From Eledone cirrhosa (taxonomy: Eukaryota), in contig OZ024742.1 of the NCBI GenBank assembly GCA_964016885.1, positions 48,980,001 to 49,044,000 of the forward strand: a stretch of DNA of 64,000 bases, written 5' to 3'. Shown piece by piece: positions 26,050 to 41,624 of this stretch (positions are counted from its first letter, which is position 1; each line of letters begins with the position of its first letter). The notes beneath the pieces were generated by a model. That model worked only from the letters and a program-made list of their open reading frames with translations, searched no databases and had not been told where the DNA came from. A program made the translations under genes and the position numbers.

Positions 26050-28143
26050 CGTACGTTTCGTAGAAGAAAGATGGTTATTCCATCCCTTTTCACTTGATCG
26101 TCTGCTGAAGGGACCGTTGAATCGTCCCTTCGGCTGGTCGTCGGCTCTTCTATGAGTATGTCCGAATATACTCTCCGGTTGAGAGTCCCTCCTAGGTCTC
26201 TGAAATGACCAACTGCGTTGGGGAATTTCGTTTTAATGTTTGTGTATTGTTTCTGTGCTATTTTTAGCAGTCTTATTTTAGTTGGCGTTTTGATTGGTGC
26301 TGGTATTATGTAGTCGTGCTGTGAAATGTCTGTGTTAAATTATGTAAGTCATTAGTTTCTTGTTGTGTGTATTTATTGCCGTGCATTTGTTTTTCTAGGG
26401 GTGGGGTGTGGTTCTGCTATTTTCTTGTCGTTTTTGCTGGGTGTGTGTGTTTTGTTGTGTTTGCGATGTTGGTGCTTGTGGTGGTGGTGTTGAAGGTGTT
26501 GTTGTTGTTGGCGATGGGGTTGTCGCCGGTGGTGATGGTGGTGCTAGTGTGGGTGGTGATGGTGTTGGTGGTGTTGCTGCTGTGAGTCTCTTTGCAGTAG
26601 CCTTTACCCGTTTTTCATTTCTTTGCTCCCTTTTCAAAGGCGACGATGCGCTGCTTCTGCGTTTGTGCCTTCTTACGACCTTTTGCCATCCCTCTCCCAC
26701 CTCACACTCCATGTCTGATTCTGTGAGGTCGGGGAGGGGTACCAGCTCCACTCTTTCACTTGTTGTTGTTGGTGATCTTTGCACTGGAGTCTCTGTTGCA
26801 GCTGCATTTGGTATTGCTGTTGTTGTTGTTAATACTTCCACTGCTGCTGCTGTTTTTGATTTCCGTGGCGTGGGTATGAGTGCCACGGACCTATCGTTCC
26901 TGGTTGCCGCTTGTCCTGTTGCTGGTAGCCGTGGAGCCGGTTTCGGAAGGAGGGGGGTTTTCTCCTTTATCAGGGTCTTCTCGTTGCAGAAGACCCTGAG
27001 GTGAGTCTTCGATCCACCGCGAAAGCATTTCGGGCGTTTTCCCTCAACACTTATGGGCAGTTGAGTGCCGTTATCGAAGTCTATCACATCCGGGATAGCT
27101 TCGATGCACTCCTGGTTGGTTTGGATTAACAACTCAATGGAGGTGCCGACCCAATCTTTTCTTACTTTTTTCTGTTCTTGCAGTACAGTTGTTTTGTCCT
27201 TCATTCCGACGAGGACAGACGCGGCCATCCCGAGGGGGACGTGGGTCAGTTTGACCCTCACAATTTTTTGCCCGCAGTAGGAGGGCACCAACACCATTTC
27301 CTCGCTCCTTAGGGTCACTAAGGATTAAGCCTTTGCCTCCTGGGGTGTGGCTAAAAGCACGTCTACGGTGGCATATTTCTTGCCTCGGGTGATATGAGTT
27401 TTCCGCTGCCACACAGACCCTAAGGCTTTTTGTATTTGAGCCTCTGTGGCTCTTTCAACCCTACGGGATTTTTTACTTATTGTACGGTACGTGACCGTAC
27501 AGTGCTGTTTGGTTTCGAAAAACTTTTCGGCTGCCTTGCAGATTGCTCGGTGTCCGGTTTTTGTCACCATCTTCTTCGCTTCCTCTGATTCCTCATTTGT
27601 TATGAGGATGGTTTCCAGGTTCTTTGCGATACCTGCAAACGAGATTGGTTTTACTTTGCTGCTGTTGTTGTTATCGTCAGAGCTGCTGTTACTTTTGTTG
27701 TTGCTGCAGGTACTACGACTACTGCCGCCGCCGCTGTTGCTGTGGTTGTTGTTGTTGTTGTTGTTGCTGCTGCTGCTGCTGCTGCTGTTGTTGTTGCTGC
27801 TAATGCTGTTATTGTTTATGCTGCTGCTGATGCTGTTGCGGCTGCTACTGTTGTTTTCCTTATCACTGTTGCTGTTGCTGCTGTTATTACGGCTGCTTGT
27901 GCTATTGTTCCTGACGTCAGACGAATGCAATGGGTTTTCGTATTTCCCGCACACCTTTTTCGTCGTTGTCGTCGTCGTCGTAGAGAAATCTTGCACGCTT
28001 TGCACGTGATTTTTTCTTTTCTGGCGTCGCTTGTGAAAGAGAAGGGAGGGAGAGAGACAATCTTCTCTCTGCTGTAGTGACGATTGAGGAAGAAGAAGAC
28101 GGAATGAGTGGGAGTGACCTATGAAAATTATTTTCGTAGCCAT
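26050..28143 (-). pseudogene. ORF1 (gag-like) of the Tx1/L1 element with N/S-rich and T/P-rich low-complexity segments
   Basis: ORFs 27325-28143 and 26395-27318 are separated by one in-frame stop; RRM-like region followed by a degenerate knuckle PKCFRGGSKTHLRVFC; directly upstream of ORF2. Confidence 0.7.
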
Positions 28144-29299
28144 GTTTTTTTTTTTGGTTTAAAATATATATTGGGCACAAAACCCAATAAGCGGTTAGTT
28201 AACCCCGAAGGGCCAAATAACGGACAGAAAGACCCCTCTCACAAGGAGGAGGGTGTTTTTGTCTACAATTTGGTTAAAGTTTTAAACAATTTACAATTGT
28301 AATATCGGTCAAAATTTACAATACCTTACAGAGCCGAGCCTCCGTCAACCATAGCATTCAATAATAATAATAATAATAAAAGGGAAGAACACGCACATGG
28401 TGGATATATCGTTATGGAATCGCTCCCGTAAGTTTTTGATTTTTACTTATTTAAAACAACTGTGATAGAATAATTCTTATTACAAATGAAGTATAAGATT
28501 ACAGTTATTTTGCCGCTCAGCAAGCCACAACGCATCACATTACGGCATAGGGCCCCAATATTTAATATTTAATTTTGGATCAGAAATGTTATAGTCGAAA
28601 AAAGAGAAAAATGGCAAAATGGCTAAGTGGACAGACAGGCAAATAATTTCACCACCAACACCACCACCGCCACCATCACCACTACCACGCCAAATACTCT
28701 TGTCATGTTACTTCAACTTCTATTCTACTTCAACTTCAACACCATCACTACAGTACTACGATCACATCACCACCACCACTGCCTCATTATCGCTACCGCC
28801 GCTATTCTCTCCCACTACCTCCTGCTAAGTACTACTAGCACAACATCACCACCACCACCACCACTGCCTCATTATCGCTACCGCCGCTATTCTCTCCCAC
28901 TACCTCCTGCTAAGACATGCATCGTAGTGTCCCCACTAAAAGAGGAAGGCATCAAAAGATATAAATAGACTGATTTGATGACCCGGTCAAAAAATCAAAA
29001 AAACAAAAATCAAAACCAAATATCAAAACAGCAGCAACGAAAAACGTAAAAAAAGAAAAAAGAAAAGAAAAACAAACAGACAGACAGAGAAGAAAAATGT
29101 CAGACATTCAAACATTACATTCAAACATTACATTACAATGAAACTTATGCTTATTCTTTTTTCGGGTTTTTTTACCTATTTGTTTGTTTGTTTATTTATG
29201 TTCGTCTACAGCTTAATAGTACCACACTAAAATCACCGGAGGTGATGAAATCACTGGTGGTTATGTAACCATACATTCACCAATCCTCGATAAGAGTGT

Positions 29300-32200
29300 T
29301 TAAATGTCGAAACTAAACAGTTCGAATAACGGTGAAGTGGAGACTGGAATGTCATGTGACAGACACTCACCCAGCAGGTGCTCCCTGGCTCAGCAGAAGG
29401 GACCTGGCTGTCAACCAAATACTGCTGGTGTCGGAGGAAGAAGAAAAAGGAAAGAGACCATCATCAATTGGACGTAAGACTTGAATAGAACTGTTATGCA
29501 ATGTTACCTGAAAAGTAACCCCAAGGAGAGGGGCTATAGGAAACGGATAAATAACATCTGGAACGAGATTGGTCTATTTAAATTAGATGAACAAAAATTG
29601 GCTGGGCAGGCTTGGGTAATAAGAACTAATGGGTGGATAAGCGAGCTGAAACTGGAGGAACTGAGCAGAGAGATTAGGTTGGAAATGGAGAGTGGAGTAT
29701 GCCAGGCAAACGAGCCAGTGGGAAATGAAGGTGAAGAAGTTGAAAGAACAGAGGAACCATCCGACGCAGACAATGATCTGAATGCTGAAATAAATAATAC
29801 CTGGAACAAAGATACGGCCATTGAGGAGATGAATGCTGACGGGCTAGGACAAGATTTGGTTGATATCCTAAACTTAGTGGTAGATGAATTGAACAATGGT
29901 AGTGGTAAACCTATGAACCTAAGATTTGTAGACAGGAAAAAGTTAAAAGAAACAACAGATTTCGAGGAGCCTTCACCAGTGCAACAATCTCCTCAAAGCA
30001 ACAGCAAATGCGGTAAGGAAATTACTTGGCATAAAAGCGAGAGGATACAACAAACAAGAAAGATCAGAACCTTGGTGGAAGAAACGACTGAATGGTCAAA
30101 TCAGGGAAATGAGAAATGACATTGGAAAGCTTGAGTCTCTACTGAATGGGACACTAAAAACATAGACACTAAAAATAGACTGGAAATAAAGTACAAAACT
30201 AGGAGGAAAAATCTAAATATAATCATAGAGGAACTGAAGCAACGCATTGTAGCAAAAAGTGCAAAAATTAGGTGATACCAGAGCAGAGTCAGTCAGTATA
30301 GACAGAAACGCATGTTTGACAACAACCAGAAGATGTTGTTTGGACAGCTTGAAGGGAAAGAAAGAGGCAACGACTTGATCCCTGAGGCGGAACAAACTAA
30401 GACATTCTGGAGAGGAATATGGGAGCAGGATGTTAAACATAATGATAGGCAGTGTGGATTGAGACAGTACAAAAGGAGATTAGTGAACAGGCACACCAAC
30501 AAACTGATTTGAGTATCACAGCTGAAACTCTTAAGGGGCAGGCCAAAAAAACTAACCAACTGGAAATCACCAGGCCCAAATGGTGTGCAGGGGTATTGGA
30601 TTAAAAATGTAACATCCCTCCACCCGAAACTGACAACCATGTGCAATGACTGCTTGATGTCAGGTGAGGTACCAGAGTGGTTGACAAAAGGTACCACAGT
30701 TCTGGTAATGAAAGACCGAATCAAGGGTAATGATGTTACCAACTAAAGATCTATCACATATCTGTCCGTAATGTGGAAACTGTTGACAAACAACTTGTTA
30801 CCGGACGAACAGAAACGATGCTGAAAGAAGTCCCGTGGTACAAAGGAATTGCAAGAGGAGACACACTGGACTTGCCATGGGATGGATAGACTACAAAAAG
30901 GCATTTGACATGGTGCCTCATTCTTGGATCATTAGCCTAGAGATCTTCAAGGTGGCAGATAACATCAGACAGTTGTTAGGTAAAAGTATGAAGTCCTGGA
31001 AAACAGAGTTAACATCAGCTGGAGAATCCTGCGGAGGCGTGAAGATGAAGAGAGGTATCTTCCAGGGAGATAGTCTGTCCCCTCTGTTGTTTGGCCTTGC
31101 CCTGATGCCCCTGACCATTATACTGCGAAAAGTGAGAGCAGGATACAACTTGGGAAAGGGAGAGCTTACCATCAATCACCTCCTCTTCATGGACGATCTT
31201 AAGCTCTTCGGGAAAAGTGAGAAGGAGTTGGATGTGCTTATTGACACTGTCCGTATTTTAAGCAATGATATATGTATGCAATTTGGTATTAGTAAGTGTG
31301 GAGTCCTTGTGATAAAGACGGGTAAATTGAGCAGAAGCAACGGAATCCAGGTACCAACAGGTGAGATGATAAAGGAAATTGACACTGAAGAAGGATACAA
31401 GTATTTGGGTATTCTGGAGGCTGATGACATCAAGAACAAAAAAATGAAGGAATTGATAAGATCTGAATACATTCGGAGAGTAAGGAGCGTATTAAAGTCA
31501 CATCTGAACAGTAGGAATGCCATAAGTACCCTAAATTCCATAAATTCCCGAGCTGTGTCTATTATTAGATAGAGTGCGGGAATTCTGAGATGGAATGTTG
31601 CTGAACAAAAAGAAATGGATAGGAAGACTAGGAAGCTATTGAATATCTACAATATGTTCCCCAAGAGGAGTGATGTCGATAGACTCTACTTAAGGAGATC
31701 TGAAGGTGGAAGAGGTCTTATCAGCATAGAGGACTGTGTTCAGTTGGAGAAAAACAACCTACACAAATACGGGACTGATAGTAAGGAGCCAATGCTCAGA
31801 ATTGTACTGAAGGAGAGGGCAATAGTCCAGGGGATTCCAAGGAGGAGATAACAGCAATGAGAAAGAGCAGCCTTCATGAAAAATCCCTTCATAGTACATT
31901 CCATGAGAAAACTGAATTCAGAGATCCACAGACATAGAACTGGTTGACAAGAGGAGACCTTAAAAAGGCTACAGAAGAAATGCTAATGGCTGCGCAAGAG
32001 CAGGCCCTCAAAACGAAGTGGTTGAAAGACCATATTTACAAGGAGGAGGCTAGCCATCTGTGGAAAGAGAGAGAAGACTGTGGCTCACATTGTATCCGAG
32101 TGTAAACACCTAGCCCAGACTCAATATAAAGGCTGGAGACATGATGTGATGGGCAGAGTGATCCACTGGCACCTATGCAAAGTAAACAATTTACCACATT

Positions 32201-32695
32201 CTGAGAAGTGGTATGAGCATAAGCCAGAGTCGGTGATAGAAAACGATCAGGTGAAGGTTCTGTGGGATTTTAGGATACAGACGGACAAGAAACTGGAACA
32301 CAATAGACCTGACCTGGTGGTTGTGGACAAAGAAAAAAGATCGTGCCTGATTGTGGATGTGGCCTGCCCATTCGACACGAGAGTGCAATAGACGGAGAGG
32401 GAGAAAATTAACCGATACCAGGACTTAAAGTGGGAGGTAAAAAGGATTTGGAACTGCCATGAAGTCAAAGTGGTCCCGATTGTCATAGGCGTAGTAGGTA
32501 CTATCTCAAAAAGTTTCCAGGGATGGTTAAAGAAAATTGGCCCCGCCACGCTTTTTGGAACGCTTCAAAAGGCATGCTTGCTGGGAACAGCAAGAACCCT
32601 CCGATACGTCCTGAATATCTGAGGTTGCAGGTAGTGGCTTGATATTCATTTCAACAAACTTTCCAGTTAACTAACATCAATGAGTGAGACTCAAA

Positions 32696-32697
<2 letters not shown>
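29300..32697 (+). mobile_element. Decayed RLE-type LINE (R4/Dong-like), a different family from 532-4607
   Basis: NRTVMQCYLKS..GYRKR..W N-terminus; WKSPGPNGV; WIDYKKAFDMVPHSW; GIFQGDSLSP; LLFMDDLKLF; EGGRGL; HIVSEC..RHD; RLE NRPDLVVVD..IVDVACP; ends in (TAA)n. Confidence 0.92.

Positions 32698-32777
<80 letters not shown>
32698..32777. repeat. (TAA)n tail/target
   Basis: Direct reading. Confidence 0.95.
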
Positions 32778-32778
<1 letters not shown>

Positions 32779-32780
32779 CT

Positions 32781-32915
32781 CTCTTTATTAACCACAAGGG
32801 TTTACACTGAGTGAGATATTAATGACAGTACAGGACAATATAGGACGGTACAAATGGGCATTTCTGTGTGTAAATAAAAAAAACAGAGGATGTAATAAAA
32901 TAACAATGAAAAAAA
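32781..32915 (-). mobile_element. 5'-truncated 3' end of the Tx1/L1 family seen at 22379-28360
   Basis: CTTTATTAACCACAAGGGTTTACA..GGACGGTACAAATGGGCATTTCTG matches 22382-22512; (TAA)n on both sides. Confidence 0.9.
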
Positions 32916-33034
32916 ATATATATAACAATAACAATAATAATAATAATAATAATAATGATTATAATAATGAGAACAAGAAGATATGTTCATATATATACAT
33001 ATAGATACAAACACAGATGTACGTACTACATACG

Positions 33035-33084
<50 letters not shown>

Positions 33085-33086
33085 AG

Positions 33087-33175
<89 letters not shown>

Positions 33176-33728
33176 TACAAAAATGGTATACAGGGCTATG
33201 ACAACGGAAAAACGAACACTTCCTTCTCTTCAATCATCTTCTTAACATCAATATAGTTTGAGTGCATTAAAGTTGATAGAGATGCAAACATACATACGCA
33301 CATCTACAGACAAATATATATAGACACACACATACATGCATACCTTCATTCATAATCACATACACACATAGCTTCTCACACATATACATACATAGCTTTA
33401 CTTTTTCATTTCCTAACTTATTTTGTCTCACGTTTGTTATTCTCGTCTTGAATGTTTTCAAGTTTTTAATCTCATTTTCTTTTCATTTTCAATTACATGT
33501 TTCTCGACATTTCGTGATATTCAAATGTTTATTAATTTTCCATTTAAAAAATGGAATAATCTGCAAGACGCGTCACTCTCACATTACTTTGTTTTTTTTT
33601 TTTTTGTTTTTTTCATTATCTATTTGCCGGCTTATATATAGATAAGATTTGAGTATCATATTATAATTGACATGCAAATAATATATCGATCTATCTATAT
33701 CTATCTAGATCTGTCTATCTCACTATCA

Positions 33729-33890
33729 TGGCGGCAATTTGCCAGAGTCGTTAGGGCGTCTGTTTAAAATTGCCTCAGTATATTTTCCGGCTTAATGCAC
33801 TCTATGTTCAAATACTGCCAAGTTTATCTTTGGCATTCAATCTTTCAAGGTCGATAAGTAAAGTAACTCTGTCGTACGGGGGCTGATTTT
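33729..33890 (+). mobile_element. tRNA-derived SINE, old diverged copy
   Basis: GGCGGC start, GTTCAAATAC B-box, CTTTCAAGGTCGATAAGTAAAGTA body. Confidence 0.55.
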
Positions 33891-36007
33891 TCCAATCTCT
33901 CTCTCTTCTCTCACTCTCTCACACACATACACACGCGTGCGCACGCACGATGGAAAAAAATCAGCTGTGCTCAGATCTGAAGAGACAGGCGCCGCAAGGA
34001 TTTAACATGTCTACGACACACTAAGAGCATAGATTTGAGGGTTTTTTTCATTGCCTTTTTGTCTGCTTGTATATCGATGAGAATAGTGTATAATAAAATA
34101 GGCAGGAAGGTGCCCGTACGCATCCATCAGGAGTTAAGAACTTCTTTCCCTTTTACCTAGCTCTCGCTATACATCTATCTCTGTCTATTTGGAGCCATTC
34201 TATCCATCACCAATACATACAATCCTTCTTTCTACCCGCAGGTATGAAAAAGGTATTTGCCTAAGATAGCGCATAGCTAAATCGAACAATCGAATTAGTA
34301 AGTACGTAGTTACAAATTGAACATTGTAACAACGCAACCATGTCTATGTGATGAAAGGGAAAATAAGAAGTTCAAAGATTAGTCTAGAATACTAAAATAC
34401 TAAACTAAATGAACGAAGAAATATATAGGTTGGGAGATTTTAAATGAAAAGGAGAATTTATAGCGAAAGGAATACACGATAATTATACCTTAAAACTATT
34501 TTTTTTAATTGAAAGTATTATTTTTATCATGAAGCTAGGAAGTTCAATTTATTTTTTAATCAGTTATTATAAAATTAATGAAATTGTGTGGTTTTTTGGT
34601 TTTGTTTTTTGTTATTGCTTTAGTTTTGTTTTGTTGTTTACATTTGATGTATTCAATCCATCTGTATTTAATATGTTATATGCTAAAAGTACTTTACGAT
34701 TTTATATGCAAAAAGACGAAACAAAATATAATGAAAACATAATATAAAAGAAATGTATTTACACACAAAGATGCTTAGATACATTTTCTGTCATGTGTTG
34801 GTGGCTATAAGGATTTTCAAAGTTCAAAATGCATTACAGTATCTACCACATATGTAAAGTTAAACAGGCTTCTGTTTCTTATCGCTTAAGTTTTCGTTTC
34901 TATTGAATCAAATATCTCTTCCGTTTACATAACAGATTATGCGGAATGTCATTTAAGTACACTACCTTGCTTACGTTAGAGGGTTCCCCACGGACGGAAG
35001 TATAAACATTCGTCACCTTTCAAAAAATGTAGGAGTGAAGGATTATTTCACCTAATGATGAAGGTCATAAGTTCAGAAGGATTATTATTATCATAATAAT
35101 AATAATAATAACAACAACAATAATAATGAAATATAAAAAAAAAGTAAGTAAATTAAATATTTTGTTATGCAGGGCACCATTTCTTTCGAAAATAATTTAA
35201 TAATAAATGTCAGAGGAAAATGTATGTATCCTTCCTTCACTTTTCAAAGGGGACAACGTTTTACTTCCGTTCGTGTGAACTTTGTAACTTTACATACATC
35301 GAGATCTTCGACTATAGAATTTCTTTAAAGCACTAGAAAGAGAGGGGTTGGTGTATTAAAGATGAGAAAGAGAAAATTAAAAGTGAGTAAATCGGAAGGC
35401 TATAAGACCGTTTATGAAACGAAGAAGTGAGGAAAACTATGTAAAAATGATAATCTCTTTTCTTATTTCCACTACATAATGTCAACTTAAAATTACTACA
35501 TAGAGAATGTGAGGTACAAAATATCTCAAATATTCATTACATTAAAAATTAATATAGTGTTGTATGTGTTTTGGTTTGTTTGTTAATGAATGCTACGTTA
35601 AATGATAAATAACTTGTGAATGTATAAGTTTGTTCTTTCACAAGAACTTGTACACAAACTCGTGTCGTAGAGCGGAGGCATAGCAAAAGAATACCCAGCG
35701 TAAGATATTAACCGACAAGGGTGCACGAGAAGAATGTTATATATACATAAAATCGTTGAATAGATACTGAAAAGTAAAATTTTCTTAATCTGTATATCAA
35801 ATATTGGTGTCAGAAGTAAATATCTGCAATTGCTCATATAAAAGCGAATCTAATACCTACAAGATCTTTTAGAATCAAATAAGATTTTTTTTTCATCTCA
35901 TATGGAATTCGTATATTTGGAAATAGTCAATTTTTAAAAAGATAATGTCAGCAATCAATATTAAGATTCAAGTTGTGGCTTAGTAGCATGCACACAAACA
36001 CACACAC

Positions 36008-36144
<137 letters not shown>

Positions 36145-36439
36145 GTGGGGGATAGAGTTTACCATCGAAAACGACGTGTGTATGTTCAACAGAAGATAAA
36201 TCAAAAGCAGTTCCCAGGCAAGAACCGGATAGTGGATTTCAGCAAAGAAAGTGTCTCAACGTTATTCCATGTAGCGAGCACGCATGTGTAATTTAAGGCC
36301 TGTAGAATTTTAATGAGGTGGTTCAGACACTACATATCAAATCTAAATTTTCATGAACGATATGAGTCATAAGATTACTCTTTACTCCAACTGAGTTATG
36401 TTGATAATTGTGTTTTCGATTTACATACATCTGGCCGTG

Positions 36440-37070
36440 ATAACGAATTCTTTTTTCTTCAGGGTTAACGAGCTTCATAATGAATTGTATTCTCCACTCA
36501 ATCCTACTTTTGGCAACATTTTGCCAGCTGTTGATATTCATATTCAGACGCTTCAAGTTCTCCTTAAATTTGTCTTTAGACCGACGTAATGGTCGATCTC
36601 CGTTCACCGATAGCCTTTAAGTTAACCAAATAAGTCTTGCTTTCGGATTCTTTCCTCATTCATTCTCAAAACGTGCCGCATCATCTCATCTGAAATTTTA
36701 CCAAGATGATTTCTATTTCTATTCCAGAAATATTTCTTTGCAATAACACTTCGCTATCTATAACTCTATCATCCCATTTTATACTACAGATCTGTCTTAG
36801 ATACTTCATATAAAAACTGTTTATTCAATTTATTTCTTTGCAATAAAGAGTCCAGCTTCTGCCTCCAAAAGGAGTTAGAACAACAGCTTTTTAGATATTG
36901 ACTTTTGTTTTAACTGACACATTGTAAGTGTGCACTATAAATTTTACCAAAAGCTGAACTTAATTTTCCTATACGTATTTCTGTTTACTTGTCTAACTTT
37001 ACATCACTAGTTACAGATGATACAACGTAAGCAAAACTACTAACTGTTTTCAGAGTTTCGCCTTCGAACA
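36440..37070 (-). pseudogene. RTE (BovB-like) LINE 3' coding fragment
   Basis: GETLKTVSSFAYVVSSVTSD..EIRIGKLSSAFGK..IKWDDRV..HVLRMNEERIRK..RPLRRSKDKFKENLK..SWQNVAKSRIEWR. Confidence 0.75.
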
Positions 37071-37668
37071 TAAATCCATGGCAGAGTTTCGAGATTATTT
37101 CCTTATCTCCCTCATCTTTTTCTATATTGTTTTCATTTGACTTATAACCCCCCCCCCCCCACACACACACACACATATTTTCTACCATACGCACCTCCAT
37201 CATTTATCCAGATCACGTTTTAACTATATACCCTTATCCAGATCTAATCACAAACACTCACTCTCTACTACAACATTTACACCCCTCTTTCCCCTTATCT
37301 GTTGATAAAAAAATGTTTATATTATTTGATCTCAGTTATACACCCCCTTGTCCTTACTTACCCACTAGGTTTTTTAAGTGAACTCACATAAGCTTGTATG
37401 TGGGCGCACATGCAGACAGGCTTATGTGTACATATAGTATATGTGTGTGTGTGTGTTCATTTGTTGTATGTTTGCGTATTTATAATTTCTTTATAAAAAT
37501 ATTTTTTTTTGCGCATACATCTGTGAGTATACCTTTTATTTTTTGGTACTCCCTTTTTATACCCCACCTGCAAGCGTGTGTGTATTTATAGTTTGTCTGC
37601 CGATATGTTTATACACACACACACACGCACGTGTATGCATGCTGCATGTGTTTGTTTGTGTATGTGTG

Positions 37669-37765
<97 letters not shown>

Positions 37766-38003
37766 ATTTGTATATATATGTATATATGTGTGTATGGATT
37801 TGCATATATATGTTTATATGTATGCGTGTGTTGATTTTTTTTATTGCGTGCGTGTGTGCGCGCGCGCGCTAAGGAGCGTAATGTACGTGGGTTATTTACC
37901 TCTGATTTTTATCCAACTAATTAATTGTATGTTTTTGTATGTGTATGTATGTGGATGTATGTGTATGTATGTATGTATATATGTATGTATACATATATAT
38001 ATG

Positions 38004-38611
38004 TCCGGTCACCAGTTGGTGCTACTGGTAACGTGTTTCATAGTACAACCTGCCCCATGGTCGGGTCGTTGGCGACTAAACAGGCAACCCTACAAAGGTT
38101 TCTTGGTGAGGAGGGTGACTTTGGACATCCTGCAGGACTAAAAAATAAACCTGTCAAAGGGAAAAGGAGCTCTTAAGCGTCATAGGCCATCCAAAATCAC
38201 CGGGAGAGATGACCCCTTAGCCTTTGTCAAGGCAGAATTCTAGGAGAAGTAAAACTCTGATATAACACCTGCAACCCTGATGGTATCCAATGATGTAGAC
38301 TTGTTCTTCTTTTTGGTAAATATCATCTTGGTTAAGAGAGTAGGATTAGCTTTGTGCAGTGCCTTTGCTCATTATAAAAGCTTCACGGCACAGGCATTGC
38401 TTTATATCTGGAGATCTCTCTGCACTTGTCGTCATATGGTACCATGGGCCCAGCACTATGTGTCAATAATTGTCGCAAGGCTAGTGTTTGTACCAGAGTT
38501 TTCAAGTCGGTGGCTGGACTAAAAAGTCACACTCGTTCAGCGCATCGGTAGGGTTTCTCCTACATGGATATAAAGTAGTGACCGTACTCGAAAACGAGTC
38601 GGCAGCTACCA
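38004..38611 (+). mobile_element. ~610-bp non-autonomous RTE-related element, copy 2
   Basis: Homologous to 4623-5229 (-); TA/TATG microsatellite flanks. Confidence 0.7.
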
Positions 38612-38621
38612 TATCTATATA

Positions 38622-38704
<83 letters not shown>

Positions 38705-38763
38705 TTATTTTTATATATATACATATATGTGTGTCTGTGTTTGTATGTGTGTATAGGTATATA

Positions 38764-38822
<59 letters not shown>

Positions 38823-38872
38823 TTATTTTTATATATATACATATATGTGTGTCTGTGTTTGTATGTGTGTAG

Positions 38873-38938
<66 letters not shown>

Positions 38939-39139
38939 GCACACACTCCGTTGCCAACACGTCCCTTTTTGACTTTATTTTGATTTTAATTTTGATTTTC
39001 TTATATATATGTATGTTGAAATTTTTTTGATCTCATATATTTATTTAGTTATTTCTGCCTCTGATCTACTTCACAGTGGTTCGCACATAATGATATGTGC
39101 ATATGCATGTATATACATATGTGTGTGTATATATGTATA

Positions 39140-39233
<94 letters not shown>

Positions 39234-39363
39234 TAATGTAGGAGGTGAGTTTTATTGTAGTACAATAAAGCAATGCAGATATCGGATGAGAAGCACTCTA
39301 CAGTTTGTGGGACTGGAGTATGCATAATATAAGATCAAAAGATGGTTAAAGGAGTTCAATATA

Positions 39364-39430
39364 TTTTATTATGCGCATTTCAAAAACAAACATCATCAAA
39401 CAATAATATTTGTGTTTTCATCAGATAAAA
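39364..39430 (-). ncRNA. Type I hammerhead ribozyme (family C)
   Basis: Reverse complement of 39555-39621. Confidence 0.8.
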
Positions 39431-39554
39431 CAGGAGAAGATGATATGAAGGCTAAAAAAACACTTGTTGATAGTGCAGTTTTAAATCAACATATGTTGAT
39501 TTAAAACTGCACTATCAACAAGTGTTTTTTTAGCCTTCATATCATGTTCTCCTG

Positions 39555-39621
39555 TTTTATCTGATGAAAACACAAATATTATTGTTTGATGATGTTTGTT
39601 TTTGAAATGCGCATAATAAAA
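39555..39621 (+). ncRNA. Type I hammerhead ribozyme (family C)
   Basis: TTTTAT-CTGATGA-AAACA..TGTTTtt-GAAA-TGCGCA-TA-ATAAAA; palindromic ATGCGCAT stem III as in PLE-associated minimal hammerheads. Confidence 0.8.
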
Positions 39622-39653
39622 TATATTGAACTCCTTTAACCATCTTTTGATCT

Positions 39654-39973
<320 letters not shown>

Positions 39974-40060
39974 ATTTGCTCTATGGTTCTTATATATTTG
40001 ATATATATTTTCCTTATCGAGCCCTCTTTGGATTTTAGTGTTCAATTTTATTATTATTAC

Positions 40061-40830
<770 letters not shown>

Positions 40831-40841
40831 AAATTCAGAAA

Positions 40842-40916
<75 letters not shown>

Positions 40917-41345
40917 TATATAAATACGGCTCCTTAATTGTAGAGCTAACTCTTTTGAAAGGACTCGACTGCTGTTTCTAGTTGTCGATAACCCTATTCA
41001 CGCCACTGGGACGAATATAGTATGATGTGTGTATTTCTAGTAAATACTAGACGCGCTGGCCAGTCGCCGAATTTGAACTTGAAGTGTAAACACGGATTGC
41101 TGGAAAATGTCTTCCTTGTTGATAATCCAAGTCTCCACTTCTGTGGCTTACCATCTGATTAATTGGTGAAATATATTTCTTTAATGGAATATATACAGGG
41201 AAGATTAATCATATTATAAGGTATGTATTTTTGACGTTCTGGTCAACTTTATTTAGTTACCTACCTAGCTATGTATGGTTACACACTTGTAAAAATTATC
41301 TCCTGCGATTATTCATGTTTATTTATATGTTAATCAATCTCTAGC

Positions 41346-41412
<67 letters not shown>

Positions 41413-41624
41413 AAATAAATATATATATTTAAAAAAAAATAAGACTCCAGTTGCATTTTCGATTTCATCTCTTTTTCTTTATACTTTCACTCGTGTAGGA
41501 CACCTCGGTTATTTTTCATCTTGTAAAAAAAAAACCTCACTTTCTATTATATATATATATATATATAAATATATATATATATACGATATTAAATAAATGG
41601 AAACTATATTTATAAAACCATATT

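Larger units (their letters stand above)
22379..28360 (-). mobile_element. Near full-length Tx1/L1-clade LINE with ORF1 and ORF2, disrupted by a few frameshifts
   Basis: GC-rich 6-kb island with (TAA)n at both ends (22302-22378 and 28361-28379); two-ORF layout; APE, RT and CCHC domains. Confidence 0.9.

Noticed and set aside
23517-28077. Long plus-strand ORFs (e.g. 23517-24125, 26408-27004, 27446-28009)
   Set aside because: Antisense shadows of the GC-rich Tx1/L1 ORFs and triplet repeats.
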